From a virus (lineage: Duplodnaviria > Heunggongvirae > Uroviricota > Caudoviricetes): a stretch of 18,257 nt of DNA. Both the position numbers and the translations under genes were made by a program. A model generated the notes under the pieces. That model did not search any database. It was not told the origin of the DNA and saw only the letters and a program-made list of their open reading frames with translations. Numbering within the stretch: position 1 is the first letter of the stretch; each line of letters opens with the position of its first letter. Of the stretch, positions 7,908 through 16,807 are shown piece after piece. The stretch is taken from IMG/VR virus record IMGVR_UViG_2600254997_000004. One strand, 5' to 3'.

Positions 7908-9866
7908 TTACGCCGTACATTTCACCAGACCGCGGTGATCAACTGGCGCGACACCGGCGTCAATACGCACTTTCGTTGTCACGCCATCCACACTGAAGCC
8001 CTCCATCTGATCAATATATGGCGTATCCACACCGTTGAGATAAGCCACTTCAATCGTATCGGAGCCTTTGGACGCAGCCAGGTAGAAGGTGGTCTGGCTG
8101 TTATCATCAAGACGAGGCTCTGCAATAACGGTCGCAAAATCTTTCACCGGGTTAATAATACCGGCGTTAATGTCAGCCCCCTTGACACTTGAGGAGCGAA
8201 TGACCTGGTTAGCAACAGACTCCATCGCCGTCGGTACCAGTACGAACGCAGGACGAATATTCAGATGACGCTCCCCCTCTTTCTGAACGCGCATCAACTG
8301 GCGGGCTTTATCCAGCGATGCCACGTCCATTGCAGCGCTCTCCAGTACGTTTGCATGTTTCGCTTTATCGAACAGACTTACATTATCTGTGGAGATTTTC
8401 GGGTTAGACGTCAGAATGGCATAAACCAGATCGGCAATAGTGGATTTCGCCGCACGGCCCAGTTTCATCGGGACATCGGTCAGCATATTCAGATCATCAT
8501 TGATAATGGCCTGACGGGTGATACTGAACAGCTCGCCATAGGTCGCCAGTGCAATAGTGGCCTGTTTATCTCCGGTGGTGACGTATTTATATTCCGCCCC
8601 TTCACGCACCTGACGCAGAGCACTGAAGCCCCCCATACCCACACGATGGGCAATTTTAAAATCAGACAACTGACCTTTCCGCGTCCACTGTTCATAGGTT
8701 TCAGGGGCATCTTCCCAGCCCTGCAGAATGGCTTTGTTCGCAACATCCAGCAGAATATTACCGAAGTCAGACGTACTGTGTGTGAACGCCGCACCGACCA
8801 TCTGCATCGGGTTATAACTGGAAACCCCAATACCCCGTTCAGTCAGTGACATACGGGCATATTCACGCAGGGTCATCCCGTTGTAGACATTATCACGTTC
8901 GGTTTTTTCAAATCCGGCACGCGCCATCAGCGCCTGGCGGATCCCGTCCCCCACAAAATTACCGTTACCGGCATAAATATGAGCCGGGGTATTTTTATTG
9001 GATGGCGTGGACTCGCGCCCCATCTCGTTCAACAACTTTTCGCGGGCCTGCTCCAGCGAACATTCAGGATCGGCAAGACACTGAGCCTGCAGCGTCTGAT
9101 AACGCCCGCCAAACATGGCAAACAGATCATTAATACCGTTTACACGCGCTTTTTGCTCTGCCAGTACCTGCGCACGGATACTGTTTTCATCCACCACGGG
9201 TGCTGCTGCCTGCACTGGCGTCCGGGAGGCTGCAGGTTCATCATCCTGTACGCGTGGAGCACTGTTGCGTGGCGGAGTAATCATGTTTCGAATGGATTCC
9301 GGCATCTTTTTAAATTCCTCTGTACGTTTTGACTGAATACATGCCATTGCCTTAACGGCTGGCGTTACCTGATCAGCAAATCCCTGTGCCAGACATTCGG
9401 CACCGGACATCCAGGTCTCATCCGCCAGCATGGCAGCAATTTCATCGGTGGTTTTCCCGGTTTTCTGTGCATAAGCGGGTAACAGAACCGCCTCAACCTT
9501 ATCGAGCAGGTCGGCATAGGTGCGCATGTCCTCCGCATCACCGCCCGTAAAGCCAAATGGTTTATGAATCATCATGAAGGTGTTTTCCGGCATAATGACC
9601 GGGTTTCCCACCATCGCAATGACCGACGCCATTGACGCCGCCACACCGTCGACATAAACGGTAATGGACGCACCATGTGTTTTCAGCGCATTAAAAATGG
9701 CGATGCCTTCAAAGACATCGCCACCCGGTGAATTAATATGGAGATTAATGTGGGTGATATCGCCCAGTGCATTCAGATCACTGATAAACTGCTTCGCTGT
9801 AACACCCCAGAAACCAATCTCGTCATAAATATAAATATCCGCGTCACTCTGGTGACCAGCCTGCAT
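7908..9866 (-). CDS. Prohead protease (ClpP/S14-like), scaffold-like linker and HK97-fold major capsid protein in one ORF
   Basis: N-terminal part has ClpP-like motifs (INSPGGDVFEGIAIFNAL, SMASVIAMVG, MMIHKPFG); an Ala/Gln-rich linker follows; the C-terminal roughly 370 aa look like a major capsid protein. Start placed at ATG 9866 (MQAGHQSDADIYIYDEIG) after the portal stop; the ORF-track start at 10127 overlaps the portal. Confidence 0.75.
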   Translation of the reverse strand: MQAGHQSDADIYIYDEIGFWGVTAKQFISDLNALGDITHINLHINSPGGDVFEGIAIFNALKTHGASITVYVDGVAASMASVIAMVGNPVIMPENTFMMIHKPFGFTGGDAEDMRTYADLLDKVEAVLLPAYAQKTGKTTDEIAAMLADETWMSGAECLAQGFADQVTPAVKAMACIQSKRTEEFKKMPESIRNMITPPRNSAPRVQDDEPAASRTPVQAAAPVVDENSIRAQVLAEQKARVNGINDLFAMFGGRYQTLQAQCLADPECSLEQAREKLLNEMGRESTPSNKNTPAHIYAGNGNFVGDGIRQALMARAGFEKTERDNVYNGMTLREYARMSLTERGIGVSSYNPMQMVGAAFTHSTSDFGNILLDVANKAILQGWEDAPETYEQWTRKGQLSDFKIAHRVGMGGFSALRQVREGAEYKYVTTGDKQATIALATYGELFSITRQAIINDDLNMLTDVPMKLGRAAKSTIADLVYAILTSNPKISTDNVSLFDKAKHANVLESAAMDVASLDKARQLMRVQKEGERHLNIRPAFVLVPTAMESVANQVIRSSSVKGADINAGIINPVKDFATVIAEPRLDDNSQTTFYLAASKGSDTIEVAYLNGVDTPYIDQMEGFSVDGVTTKVRIDAGVAPVDHRGLVKCTA

Positions 9867-9912
9867 CCTGAACCAGGAATTATTCTTCGGACTGGTCGTC
9901 GGTGTACTGCGG

Positions 9913-11388
9913 CTACTGTCGTTTCGTTGCGGCACTGCTGCCTCCTTTATCACTGGCCGGATCGGTATCAAATACCAGATCCAGCTTGCGGTTTTCATCA
10001 ATTTCGGCCTTGCGCCGACGTTTGACATCATCCGGATTACGACCACCTGCACGTACCCAGTCTGATTCTGTCGCCGCTCCACCACGAATCTGGATTTTCC
10101 AGGCCTCAGCCTCCTTAACAGGGTCAATCCACGGCATCACTGGTCCGGAATACACCGCGGTATACAGTGAAGAACGGTCAAGATCGCGGGGTAGCCTGAT
10201 AACACCGGATGCCACAGCCTGTTTCAGCCAGGCACGATACATCGGGCGGGTGACGGCACCAATAAACCAGTCCTGCAGGATCAGGTAGCCATCAGTAGAC
10301 TCAACCAGTTCCTGACGCTGGGCGCTGTAAGTGCCGTTATAGTTGCGTGCCGTACTGGAAAAACTCAGACGACTGCCCGCCGCCACGGCACGCAACTGAC
10401 CATTACGAAAAGTTTCAAGGTTAGGATTGGGACGATCCGACTTCACCATTCCGATTTCTTCGCCGGGTTTCAGATCGTCGTAAATAATGCCTGGCTGAAT
10501 GGTAAGCTCGCGTTCATTCTCCTTGCTGTAATTACCATCCGTTTCATAGCTCTGTCCGTCGCCTTTGCGGATGTACATCCCCAGAGCAGCGGCGACCCTT
10601 GCTGCAGTCAGCTCAGAATCTTCATACTCTTTCAGGGCGCTGAGGCGGATCAGCACACCGGACAATAAAGACGTCCCGCGCATCTGGTGCAGACGGCGAA
10701 CAAATTTAAGATGCAGCATTCGCTCTGCATCCACTTCTTTGGTTTCCATCTGCCGTCCGGATACGGGACGGCTTTTATACACCAGATATTTTTCGGGACG
10801 CCCCCAGTCATCAACAAACACGCCCTGATTCAGCCTGTTGCTCTCATCACTGGTCATGGGAATAAAGTCCGGCTCGAGCGCCTCCAGCCAGAAATGAACA
10901 CCGGCAGAAGGCGTCAGGCTGTTTATGCGCCCGGAAACCATCTGGGCAAACACCTCACCATCGCGCAGCCAGGTACGCAGCATCAGACGTTCCAGCATCG
11001 GACGGGTAAACTGCCCGGTGACTTCCGGACTGACAGACCATTCACTCCATCGGGTGCGTATCTCCGCTGCCAGATCACGGGCAATGGCCCCATTGCGTAA
11101 TACCGGATGTGGCTCGACAATAATCCCGTTTTTCCCCACCACCCGTTCTTCCAGCTTGTCAAATACACCAATAACCAGATCGTGGTTGTTATCAAGGTAA
11201 CGGGCCTGCTCACGTAACGACACGGCCCCGTACTGGCTTAACTGGTCGGCAGTTCGGTTTTCCCGCCGGGCTTTGTGTGTCCGCGTCGTTTTTACGGCCT
11301 CATAAGCCTGGATCACCGCACGGGAACGCAGCCTTGCCGCTTTCCATCCTGGTGAAAAAACGCCAATCACATCATCAAGAATTGCCAT
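9913..11388 (-). CDS. Portal protein (lambda gpB family)
   Basis: About 490 aa between W and the protease-capsid gene; start at ATG 11388 (MAILDDVIG) overlapping the W stop (TGATG). Confidence 0.8.
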   Translation of the reverse strand: MAILDDVIGVFSPGWKAARLRSRAVIQAYEAVKTTRTHKARRENRTADQLSQYGAVSLREQARYLDNNHDLVIGVFDKLEERVVGKNGIIVEPHPVLRNGAIARDLAAEIRTRWSEWSVSPEVTGQFTRPMLERLMLRTWLRDGEVFAQMVSGRINSLTPSAGVHFWLEALEPDFIPMTSDESNRLNQGVFVDDWGRPEKYLVYKSRPVSGRQMETKEVDAERMLHLKFVRRLHQMRGTSLLSGVLIRLSALKEYEDSELTAARVAAALGMYIRKGDGQSYETDGNYSKENERELTIQPGIIYDDLKPGEEIGMVKSDRPNPNLETFRNGQLRAVAAGSRLSFSSTARNYNGTYSAQRQELVESTDGYLILQDWFIGAVTRPMYRAWLKQAVASGVIRLPRDLDRSSLYTAVYSGPVMPWIDPVKEAEAWKIQIRGGAATESDWVRAGGRNPDDVKRRRKAEIDENRKLDLVFDTDPASDKGGSSAATKRQ

Positions 11389-11600
11389 CAGAACCTCGCC
11401 AGCCGGTACCCGGGATGCCCCCGTCGTCGTGTAATCAGAGCCGCAAGGCGGCGCTCCCACTCCTGCCGTCCCTGCCGGATCTCAGATAAGTTTTCCATTG
11501 TCATCTGCTGACCATTAAAGGTGACGGATTTTCCGTCCAGCACCGCCATTTCAGCTTCCGTATAACGCTGAATCATGGCTTCGATATCATTCTGGTTCAT
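11388..11600 (-). CDS. W: Head-tail joining protein (lambda gpW-like, 70 aa)
   Basis: Small protein ending ...ITRRRGHPGYRLARF, comparable to the gpW C-terminus; its ATG at 11600 overlaps the terminase stop (ATGA) with GGAGG 6 nt upstream. Confidence 0.75.
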   Translation of the reverse strand: MNQNDIEAMIQRYTEAEMAVLDGKSVTFNGQQMTMENLSEIRQGRQEWERRLAALITRRRGHPGYRLARF

Positions 11601-13699
11601 AACCATCCTCCGGAAGTCAGCCAGGGGTTAACATCGTCAGTTACTGTTTTCTTCCGTTTTTGTTTTTTAACAGGCGTGGATACCGGTTCCGGTGAGGGTG
11701 ACGGTTCGGTACTGTCCGGGACACACTCCAGCCAGGTTTCCCGGCTCGCCCACTCCGGTGCATCCGGCCAGCGGATCTTTTCGTATCCATGCAGAATGAC
11801 CAGAGCCTCGGCATACACCATCAGGTCAAAAGCTTCGTTGGCACCGCGACCCGGCTTACTCCATTTCCCGTCACTACTCCGCTCTTCATACGTCAGTTCG
11901 TCGTAAAACCAGCTCCCCAGCCAGTCAGGGAAATGCACATAGCCGGGACCTGGCGAGTCACGCCATAACGCGTTATTCACCCGGTCTTTCAGGGCATCCG
12001 TCTGAAGAAGCCAGAGCGGCACATCACCTGCGGCCTGCGCCCGTCGGCCCGTTCGTCCGGTGTTATCAGGGAATGTACGGGTGATCAGTTTTGCGCGCCG
12101 GATGCTGTCGCCCTTAAACAGGTAAATACGTTTACCAAGGCCATCACGACGGCAACGACGCCAGAATTTATAGGCATTATCAGTGACCCCGTCTTCACCG
12201 CCGGAGTCCACCGCCATTGCCATCAGTCGCATTTGTTGAGAAGGATCGGAGGCCAGCGGCCAGCTTTTATGAAAAACATCCGTCAGCAGGACATCCCAGT
12301 CTTCCGGATAGCTGGCCGGATCAATTCGCTGGCTCTCCCCGTCGCTGTCACCGCGCAATGACTGCGTGATGTTGTAACGATCAATAATCCAGCGTTCGCC
12401 ACGGCTGCCATAGCCCGTTACCTGAACCACAAAACGGCGATGACGTCCCGCCTGCACATCAACTGTCGCCACCAGGAAATTAACGCCATCCGGCACACTG
12501 CGGGAAGGAACTGGCTCTGCCCGCTGCTCAAGCAGTTCACTTTTTCGTTGCTCCATGCTGGCACGGGGAAGATAAGGTAATCCCCAGTCGGTATTGATAA
12601 CCGTCTTGAGTGTTTCTTCACTTCCGGTTGTCTCGTATTCCTGTTCTGCAGTAAGCAGTTTGTAAACGAGTTGCGAGAGTGTCTGGTAAGCAGCTGCCGG
12701 ACCCTCCATCCAGAATGACGCAATACGTGAGCGTCGGGGATCACCATAACGACTGCCATCCGCATTGATGGATTCACCATCCCGCAACCAGACCCCACGT
12801 CCGTTCAGCTCACGTTTTTGTTCAGGCATAATCCGTCCTGAACAGGAAGGACACTGAATATAAGCCGCCTCACTTGCCAGCACGGGATCGGCAATATCAC
12901 GGAAACCAGCAACCACATCGCCGCAGGGCTGAAAATACTCACCACAGTGTGGACAGGGCCAGTACCAGCGACGGCGATCGCCACGGTTATAGAGCGACAG
13001 TATCCCCGTGGTTGGTGGAGCCTCATGCGGTGAAGTCCGTCGCCATTTCACATCCTTCACATCCCTGCCGGGGGAACTCTCCACCAGCGTCATACCACTG
13101 GACATAAATGTGGTGGTACGTTTTGAGGCAAGAGAGAAGGCATCCCCCTCGCCATCAATATCTTCCGGAAAACGGTCATAATCCGTCAGCGCCACGCATT
13201 TATAATCTGATGAGGACATGATATTGACTGACGGCCAGCCGATTTTCAGGTAGTTGCCAGCAAGGAATGTTCTGTCATAAACGTTGTTGTCATTTTTGTT
13301 CGGACTCAGGCGACTGACCACTTCCGGGCTGACGCGAAACGTTCTGGCAAGTCGTTTTTTGGAGTGTTCGCGGGCTTTTTCCTCCGTCATCTGAATGATC
13401 AGCATATCAGCAGGATCGCAAATCACATTGTAAATCACCCAGCCGTCAATCAGGCCGATAGTCTTGCCAGTTCGTGCCGGGCCAACAAATATCACTGCGT
13501 CGTATTCACGCGAGGCCAGGCAGTTCATCGGCTCAATAACATACGGTGCCACCAGCGGATCCCACGGGACTGAATTCCCGGCCCCCATGGGCACCCGCAT
13601 ATACTGAGCAACGGCATCAGCAACCCGCATTCGTCTCGGTGCGCGAAGGATATAACCTGAATCGGTTCGTGCTGCCTTTGCGGTTTCCTGATTCAGCAT
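11597..13699 (-). CDS. Terminase large subunit (lambda gpA family, 700 aa)
   Basis: 700 aa with a Cys-rich CPHCGEYF...CPSCSG segment like lambda gpA (CPHCGEE...); start overlaps the Nu1 stop (TAATG) with AGGAGGAG upstream. Confidence 0.9.
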   Translation of the reverse strand: MLNQETAKAARTDSGYILRAPRRMRVADAVAQYMRVPMGAGNSVPWDPLVAPYVIEPMNCLASREYDAVIFVGPARTGKTIGLIDGWVIYNVICDPADMLIIQMTEEKAREHSKKRLARTFRVSPEVVSRLSPNKNDNNVYDRTFLAGNYLKIGWPSVNIMSSSDYKCVALTDYDRFPEDIDGEGDAFSLASKRTTTFMSSGMTLVESSPGRDVKDVKWRRTSPHEAPPTTGILSLYNRGDRRRWYWPCPHCGEYFQPCGDVVAGFRDIADPVLASEAAYIQCPSCSGRIMPEQKRELNGRGVWLRDGESINADGSRYGDPRRSRIASFWMEGPAAAYQTLSQLVYKLLTAEQEYETTGSEETLKTVINTDWGLPYLPRASMEQRKSELLEQRAEPVPSRSVPDGVNFLVATVDVQAGRHRRFVVQVTGYGSRGERWIIDRYNITQSLRGDSDGESQRIDPASYPEDWDVLLTDVFHKSWPLASDPSQQMRLMAMAVDSGGEDGVTDNAYKFWRRCRRDGLGKRIYLFKGDSIRRAKLITRTFPDNTGRTGRRAQAAGDVPLWLLQTDALKDRVNNALWRDSPGPGYVHFPDWLGSWFYDELTYEERSSDGKWSKPGRGANEAFDLMVYAEALVILHGYEKIRWPDAPEWASRETWLECVPDSTEPSPSPEPVSTPVKKQKRKKTVTDDVNPWLTSGGWL

Positions 13700-14193
13700 T
13701 ACTCCTCCTGCTGTAATTCCTCCTCATCATCCGCACCTGCTTCAGTCACCCGCAGGGCTATCTGATCGCGCAGATCATCAATAATGGACAGAACACGGCT
13801 CACAGCGGCAGGCTGCAGACCGCAGTCACGTTCCAGAATATCCGGTAATGTCTCCAGCACCTGCACGACCGCTTTTGCCCAGATGGCAAACTCCCGTCTG
13901 ACATCACTGGCCGGAATGAGTTGTGCCGTTTCCTGTTCGAACTTAAGACGCTCACGTTCAGACTGATACCAGGCTTTGCGCTCATGCGCGTCCATTTCGC
14001 CTTCTGCAACCGGCGGTGGCAATGCCAGAAATGCCGACACAATATCAACCACCCGATAAAGCTTGAGGTTGCTTTCATGCCCCCCTGCAACGGGTAGATT
14101 TTGCAGCCTTGCCGCAGCAGTCTGGCGATGTACACCTGACAGTGCCGCCAGTTGACTGATATTCAGCGTCAGATTTTTTAACTCTCGATCCAT
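13699..14193 (-). CDS. Terminase small subunit (lambda Nu1-like, 164 aa)
   Basis: N-terminal HTH-like segment NISQLAALSGVHRQTAAARL; about 175 bp downstream of the putative cosN; GGAG upstream of the ATG. Confidence 0.8.
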   Translation of the reverse strand: MDRELKNLTLNISQLAALSGVHRQTAAARLQNLPVAGGHESNLKLYRVVDIVSAFLALPPPVAEGEMDAHERKAWYQSERERLKFEQETAQLIPASDVRREFAIWAKAVVQVLETLPDILERDCGLQPAAVSRVLSIIDDLRDQIALRVTEAGADDEEELQQEE

Positions 14194-14379
14194 ACCCGCT
14201 CCAGAATGTTTTAAACATGCATCTTGCGAACAACTTTAGGCAAACGGTGTTAGTGATGAACAAAAAACAATCAAAATCGACACCGCAAAAATAAAACTAC
14301 TGCAATATCAATCAATTACAGCAGTGGTGATGACGAATGAAATTTCAAAAACTAGCCTTTTTCCGCGACGCTCCCGCCC
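14194..14379 (-). other. cos site: putative cosN (14368-14379, GGGCGGGAGCGT on the minus strand) plus the cosB-like region extending to the Nu1 start
   Basis: Minus-strand sequence ...GACGGGTCCT...CACG GGGCGGGAGCGT CGCGGAAAAAGG...TTCGTCATCACC... parallels the lambda right end and cos (ACGGGTCCT...TACG GGGCGGCGACCT CGCGGG...TTCGTCATAACT) as I remember it; spacing to Nu1 is similar; GTGATGA repeats at 14255 and 14325. Confidence 0.65.
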
Positions 14380-14550
14380 CGTGGCAGGCCACCCCACCAG
14401 GAGGACCCGTCAGCCTGACAGCCATGACGAACGTCTGATACAGCGCCCTGCATGAATGGCATCGGGATAATCCAGAAAGGAATAGCATCGTACCTACAAG
14501 AATCTGTGTGAGCGTCCTGTTTCTTCCACCCCCGCACAGGACTGGCGAGC

Positions 14551-14727
14551 ATGAGGGACAAACCCACGAATCATAAACGCGGTAAAAACCCGGTGTGCAT
14601 CGTTTTTGATTATTCCCGCACACTCACGCAGAAGGAATTCCCCGTCGGGCTACGATCATGGTTAATGCGGGAATACGGCGACGATACAGCGCATGATGTG
14701 TCAGGCTTGAATACCTTTATCCGTTAA
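14551..14727 (+). CDS. Hypothetical 58-aa basic protein, convergent with rha
   Basis: ATG-initiated ORF MRDKPTNHKRGKNPVCIVFDYSRTLTQKEFPVGLRSWLMREYGDDTAHDVSGLNTFIR; weak ribosome binding site; below the ORF-track length cutoff. Confidence 0.25.
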   Translation: MRDKPTNHKRGKNPVCIVFDYSRTLTQKEFPVGLRSWLMREYGDDTAHDVSGLNTFIR

Positions 14728-14808
14728 AAGGGATATCAGTTAAGTTATCCCGTGCAGGGTATAAGCCATTATCAAGCCCACCCGTAGATAGGCTTTGTAA
14801 TGACATCT

Positions 14809-15333
14809 TCAATTAATCAGCAGTTCAGGCTGTGTCACCTGCAAAATGTATTCATGCTCGACAGCCAGGACACGCTTCTCTTTCTTCCGTTCGTTCATTA
14901 ACCGACTGCCGATCGTACCTTTCAGCTTTGAGCGTGTTTCTTTGATGGCGTAGCGGTGCTGCATTTCTTCGCCAATTGCCATGCGGCGGCTCAGTTGCTC
15001 TGCCATCCAGTTGAATGCTGCGATATAGCTCTCCTTGATTGCCGCAGCAGCTTTCCCGGTGAACCCCATCACAACCATGATCCAGCCATCTTTCGTCAGG
15101 CTGTACATCGGGCGAACCTTGCCCTGCTCATCGATATAATCAGCCGACGCAAAATTGCGTTGGCTAAACTCACGCGAGCAATCAGCCTTAACCTGCTCGA
15201 TTTTCCTGAGAACATCACCGTGTCGCTTGCCGAAGTACTTGGCAATTTTTCTGGATGTGGTAACGACCTCTCCGTTTTTGGCTTGCACCATTTCTCGGAA
15301 GTCGAAGGCTGGAATAACTGAATGATTATTCAT
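14809..15333 (-). CDS. rha: Rha-family phage regulatory protein
   Basis: Start at ATG 15333 (MNNHSVIPAFDF...) with AAGG upstream; IAKYFGKRHGDVLRKIE resembles the Rha family signature (FGKRHD.VLRDI); the ORF-track N-terminal extension overlaps Rz and a terminator. Confidence 0.65.
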   Translation of the reverse strand: MNNHSVIPAFDFREMVQAKNGEVVTTSRKIAKYFGKRHGDVLRKIEQVKADCSREFSQRNFASADYIDEQGKVRPMYSLTKDGWIMVVMGFTGKAAAAIKESYIAAFNWMAEQLSRRMAIGEEMQHRYAIKETRSKLKGTIGSRLMNERKKEKRVLAVEHEYILQVTQPELLIN

Positions 15334-15476
15334 AGCGTCTTTACCTTTTAGAAAGTGAGCCTGTCTCACAGAAAAGCCGCCCGAGAGAGGTCGCCACCTA
15401 TAACGGCATTTCTCAGGCTCGCTTACTGAAAGGCTCTCGTTAATATGCGCGTGAGATGCGCGTTTACTGCGGACAT

Positions 15477-15499
15477 AAAAAAGCCCCGCATCGCGAGGC
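15477..15499 (-). terminator. Intrinsic terminator-like hairpin after Rz/Rz1
   Basis: Minus-strand RNA GCCUCGC-GAU-GCGGGGC (7-bp stem with one G-U pair) followed by 6 U, 32 nt after the Rz stop. Confidence 0.55.
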
Positions 15500-15530
15500 T
15501 CATTAAATTGACTTTGTGATTTGCAAAAAA

Positions 15531-15998
15531 TTATTTCAGGCATTGCGTCCTGATGTACTCCTGAAGCGTTCTCAGTGCTGTTTGGTCACGGATAATTCCG
15601 TCCCGGATACCGAGAACGTTTCGTCCAGCAACTGAAGAGAGTTCGACGGTGGCATCATTGCCCATGCCGGAGGAGCTGGAGGTTTTGGCTGAGGCTGGCA
15701 CAGGGCATTTTCCTTTGACGAGCACCCGACCACCATTATCAAGCTTACGCCGAAGAGCATCATTTTCAGCTTTCGCATTGGCTAACTCCTTCGTGTATTT
15801 AGCATCGAGTACATCAGCAGCACGCTGGCGTTGCTGCATGTCAGTAATGGTGGCGGTCGCCTGCTTCAGCTCACTGACTTTTTTATCACGCTGCTCTTTG
15901 TAGGCGATGGCGTTATCACGGTAATGATTAACAGCCCATGACAGGCAGAGGATGATGCAAATAACCAGAGCGGAGATAATCGCGGTTACCCTGCTCAT
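15531..15998 (-). CDS. Rz: Spanin, inner-membrane subunit (Rz-like)
   Basis: [34 protein letters not shown] closely matches the lambda Rz N-terminus as I recall it; ATG overlaps the endolysin stop (ATGA). Confidence 0.9.
   Translation of the reverse strand: MSRVTAIISALVICIILCLSWAVNHYRDNAIAYKEQRDKKVSELKQATATITDMQQRQRAADVLDAKYTKELANAKAENDALRRKLDNGGRVLVKGKCPVPASAKTSSSSGMGNDATVELSSVAGRNVLGIRDGIIRDQTALRTLQEYIRTQCLK
15572..15778 (-). CDS. Rz1: Spanin, outer-membrane lipoprotein subunit (Rz1-like), embedded in Rz in the +1 frame
   Basis: [19 protein letters not shown] with lipobox Cys, then a Pro-rich mature region ([12 protein letters not shown]), like lambda Rz1 (MLKLKMML...VVGC...PPPPAW); lies entirely inside Rz. 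Confidence 0.85.
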   Translation of the reverse strand: MRKLKMMLFGVSLIMVVGCSSKENALCQPQPKPPAPPAWAMMPPSNSLQLLDETFSVSGTELSVTKQH

Positions 15999-16492
15999 TG
16001 CTGCCCCCACAAACAGACTTCACGCTCAATATCACGACGGGTCATCAGCCCTTTCCATTGCTTACCGCCAGCGTATGTCCAGCGACGTAGCTGGTCACAT
16101 GCGCCTTTGATATCACCCTGGTTTATTTTGCGAAGAAGCGTCGATGTTCTGAAATTACCAGCGCCCACGTTGTAAACGAACGAGTAAAGAGCGCCGCGCG
16201 TTGTTTCCGGTATATCGACTTTGATGTACGGGTTAATTTGTCTGGCGACCATGGCAAGGTCTTTATTCAGGAGGGCTTTGCATTCTGCTTCGGTATACGT
16301 TTTACCGGGAATGATGTCTTTTCCGGTGTGTCCGTGACATACAGTCCATACGCCAACGATATCTTCGTATGGTATGTAGCTGACACCTTCCTGGCCATCG
16401 TCACCACTCGGACCAGTGATGAGCACAGACGCTATGGCAACAGCCCCACCACCAATAGCAGCAGCAACAGCCTTGCGTAATGATGGCGACAT
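15995..16492 (-). CDS. R: SAR endolysin (phage 21 R-like lysozyme)
   Basis: N-terminal Gly/Ala-rich SAR segment ([20 protein letters not shown]) followed by a lysozyme core ([16 protein letters not shown]); very similar to R21 as I recall it. Confidence 0.9.
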   Translation of the reverse strand: MSPSLRKAVAAAIGGGAVAIASVLITGPSGDDGQEGVSYIPYEDIVGVWTVCHGHTGKDIIPGKTYTEAECKALLNKDLAMVARQINPYIKVDIPETTRGALYSFVYNVGAGNFRTSTLLRKINQGDIKGACDQLRRWTYAGGKQWKGLMTRRDIEREVCLWGQQ

Positions 16493-16707
16493 TATTCACC
16501 TCTCGCAGCCTTACGCTTATCTTCTTTAATCTTGAAATAAAGGTTTGTCAGATACGTCAGCAAGCCAAACACCAGGCTACCCAATACGCCTATTGCCACC
16601 CACTGGGATGGGGAGACTTTGTCCAGCAACTGCAGTAGCCAGTATCCCGTCCCCACCGCTGACGTGGTGTATGACACACCTGTTGTTATTTTTTCCATCT
16701 GGTACAT
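16492..16707 (-). CDS. S: Pinholin (phage 21 S-like) with dual-start motif
   Basis: [10 protein letters not shown]...[40 protein letters not shown] resembles S21; Met1 and Met4 give 71-aa and 68-aa forms; GGGAG upstream of the ATG at 16707. Confidence 0.9.
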   Translation of the reverse strand: MYQMEKITTGVSYTTSAVGTGYWLLQLLDKVSPSQWVAIGVLGSLVFGLLTYLTNLYFKIKEDKRKAARGE

Positions 16708-16807
16708 ACCCCGTCTCCCGTTATCCGGAAGCTGACAACAATAAAAAGCCACCAGTTAATTCCTGATGGCCCTGATGCATAAACGTCATAATACCTGACT
16801 GTTATGA

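Noticed and set aside
7908-10127. Longest-ORF starts from the track that extend upstream of the true starts (10127 for the capsid gene, 4760 for H, 5468 for G, 6305 for V, 11460 for portal, 15543 for rha, 16752 for the holin, 16010 for Rz)
   Set aside because: Several of these begin at GTG or TTG codons and overlap the preceding gene or a terminator. Internal ATGs with a Shine-Dalgarno sequence or stop-start overlap fit the lambda-like N-termini better.
13081-13088. Single Chi octamer (GCTGGTGG on the minus strand) inside the terminase large subunit gene
   Set aside because: One 8-mer in about 36 kb of two-strand sequence is roughly what chance predicts; no clustering or orientation pattern.
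14345-14623. Minus-strand ORFs 14345..14623 and 14352..14567 spanning the cos region
   Set aside because: They overlap the cosN/cosQ-like sequence, have no ribosome binding site and give Cys/Gly/Arg-rich low-complexity translations.
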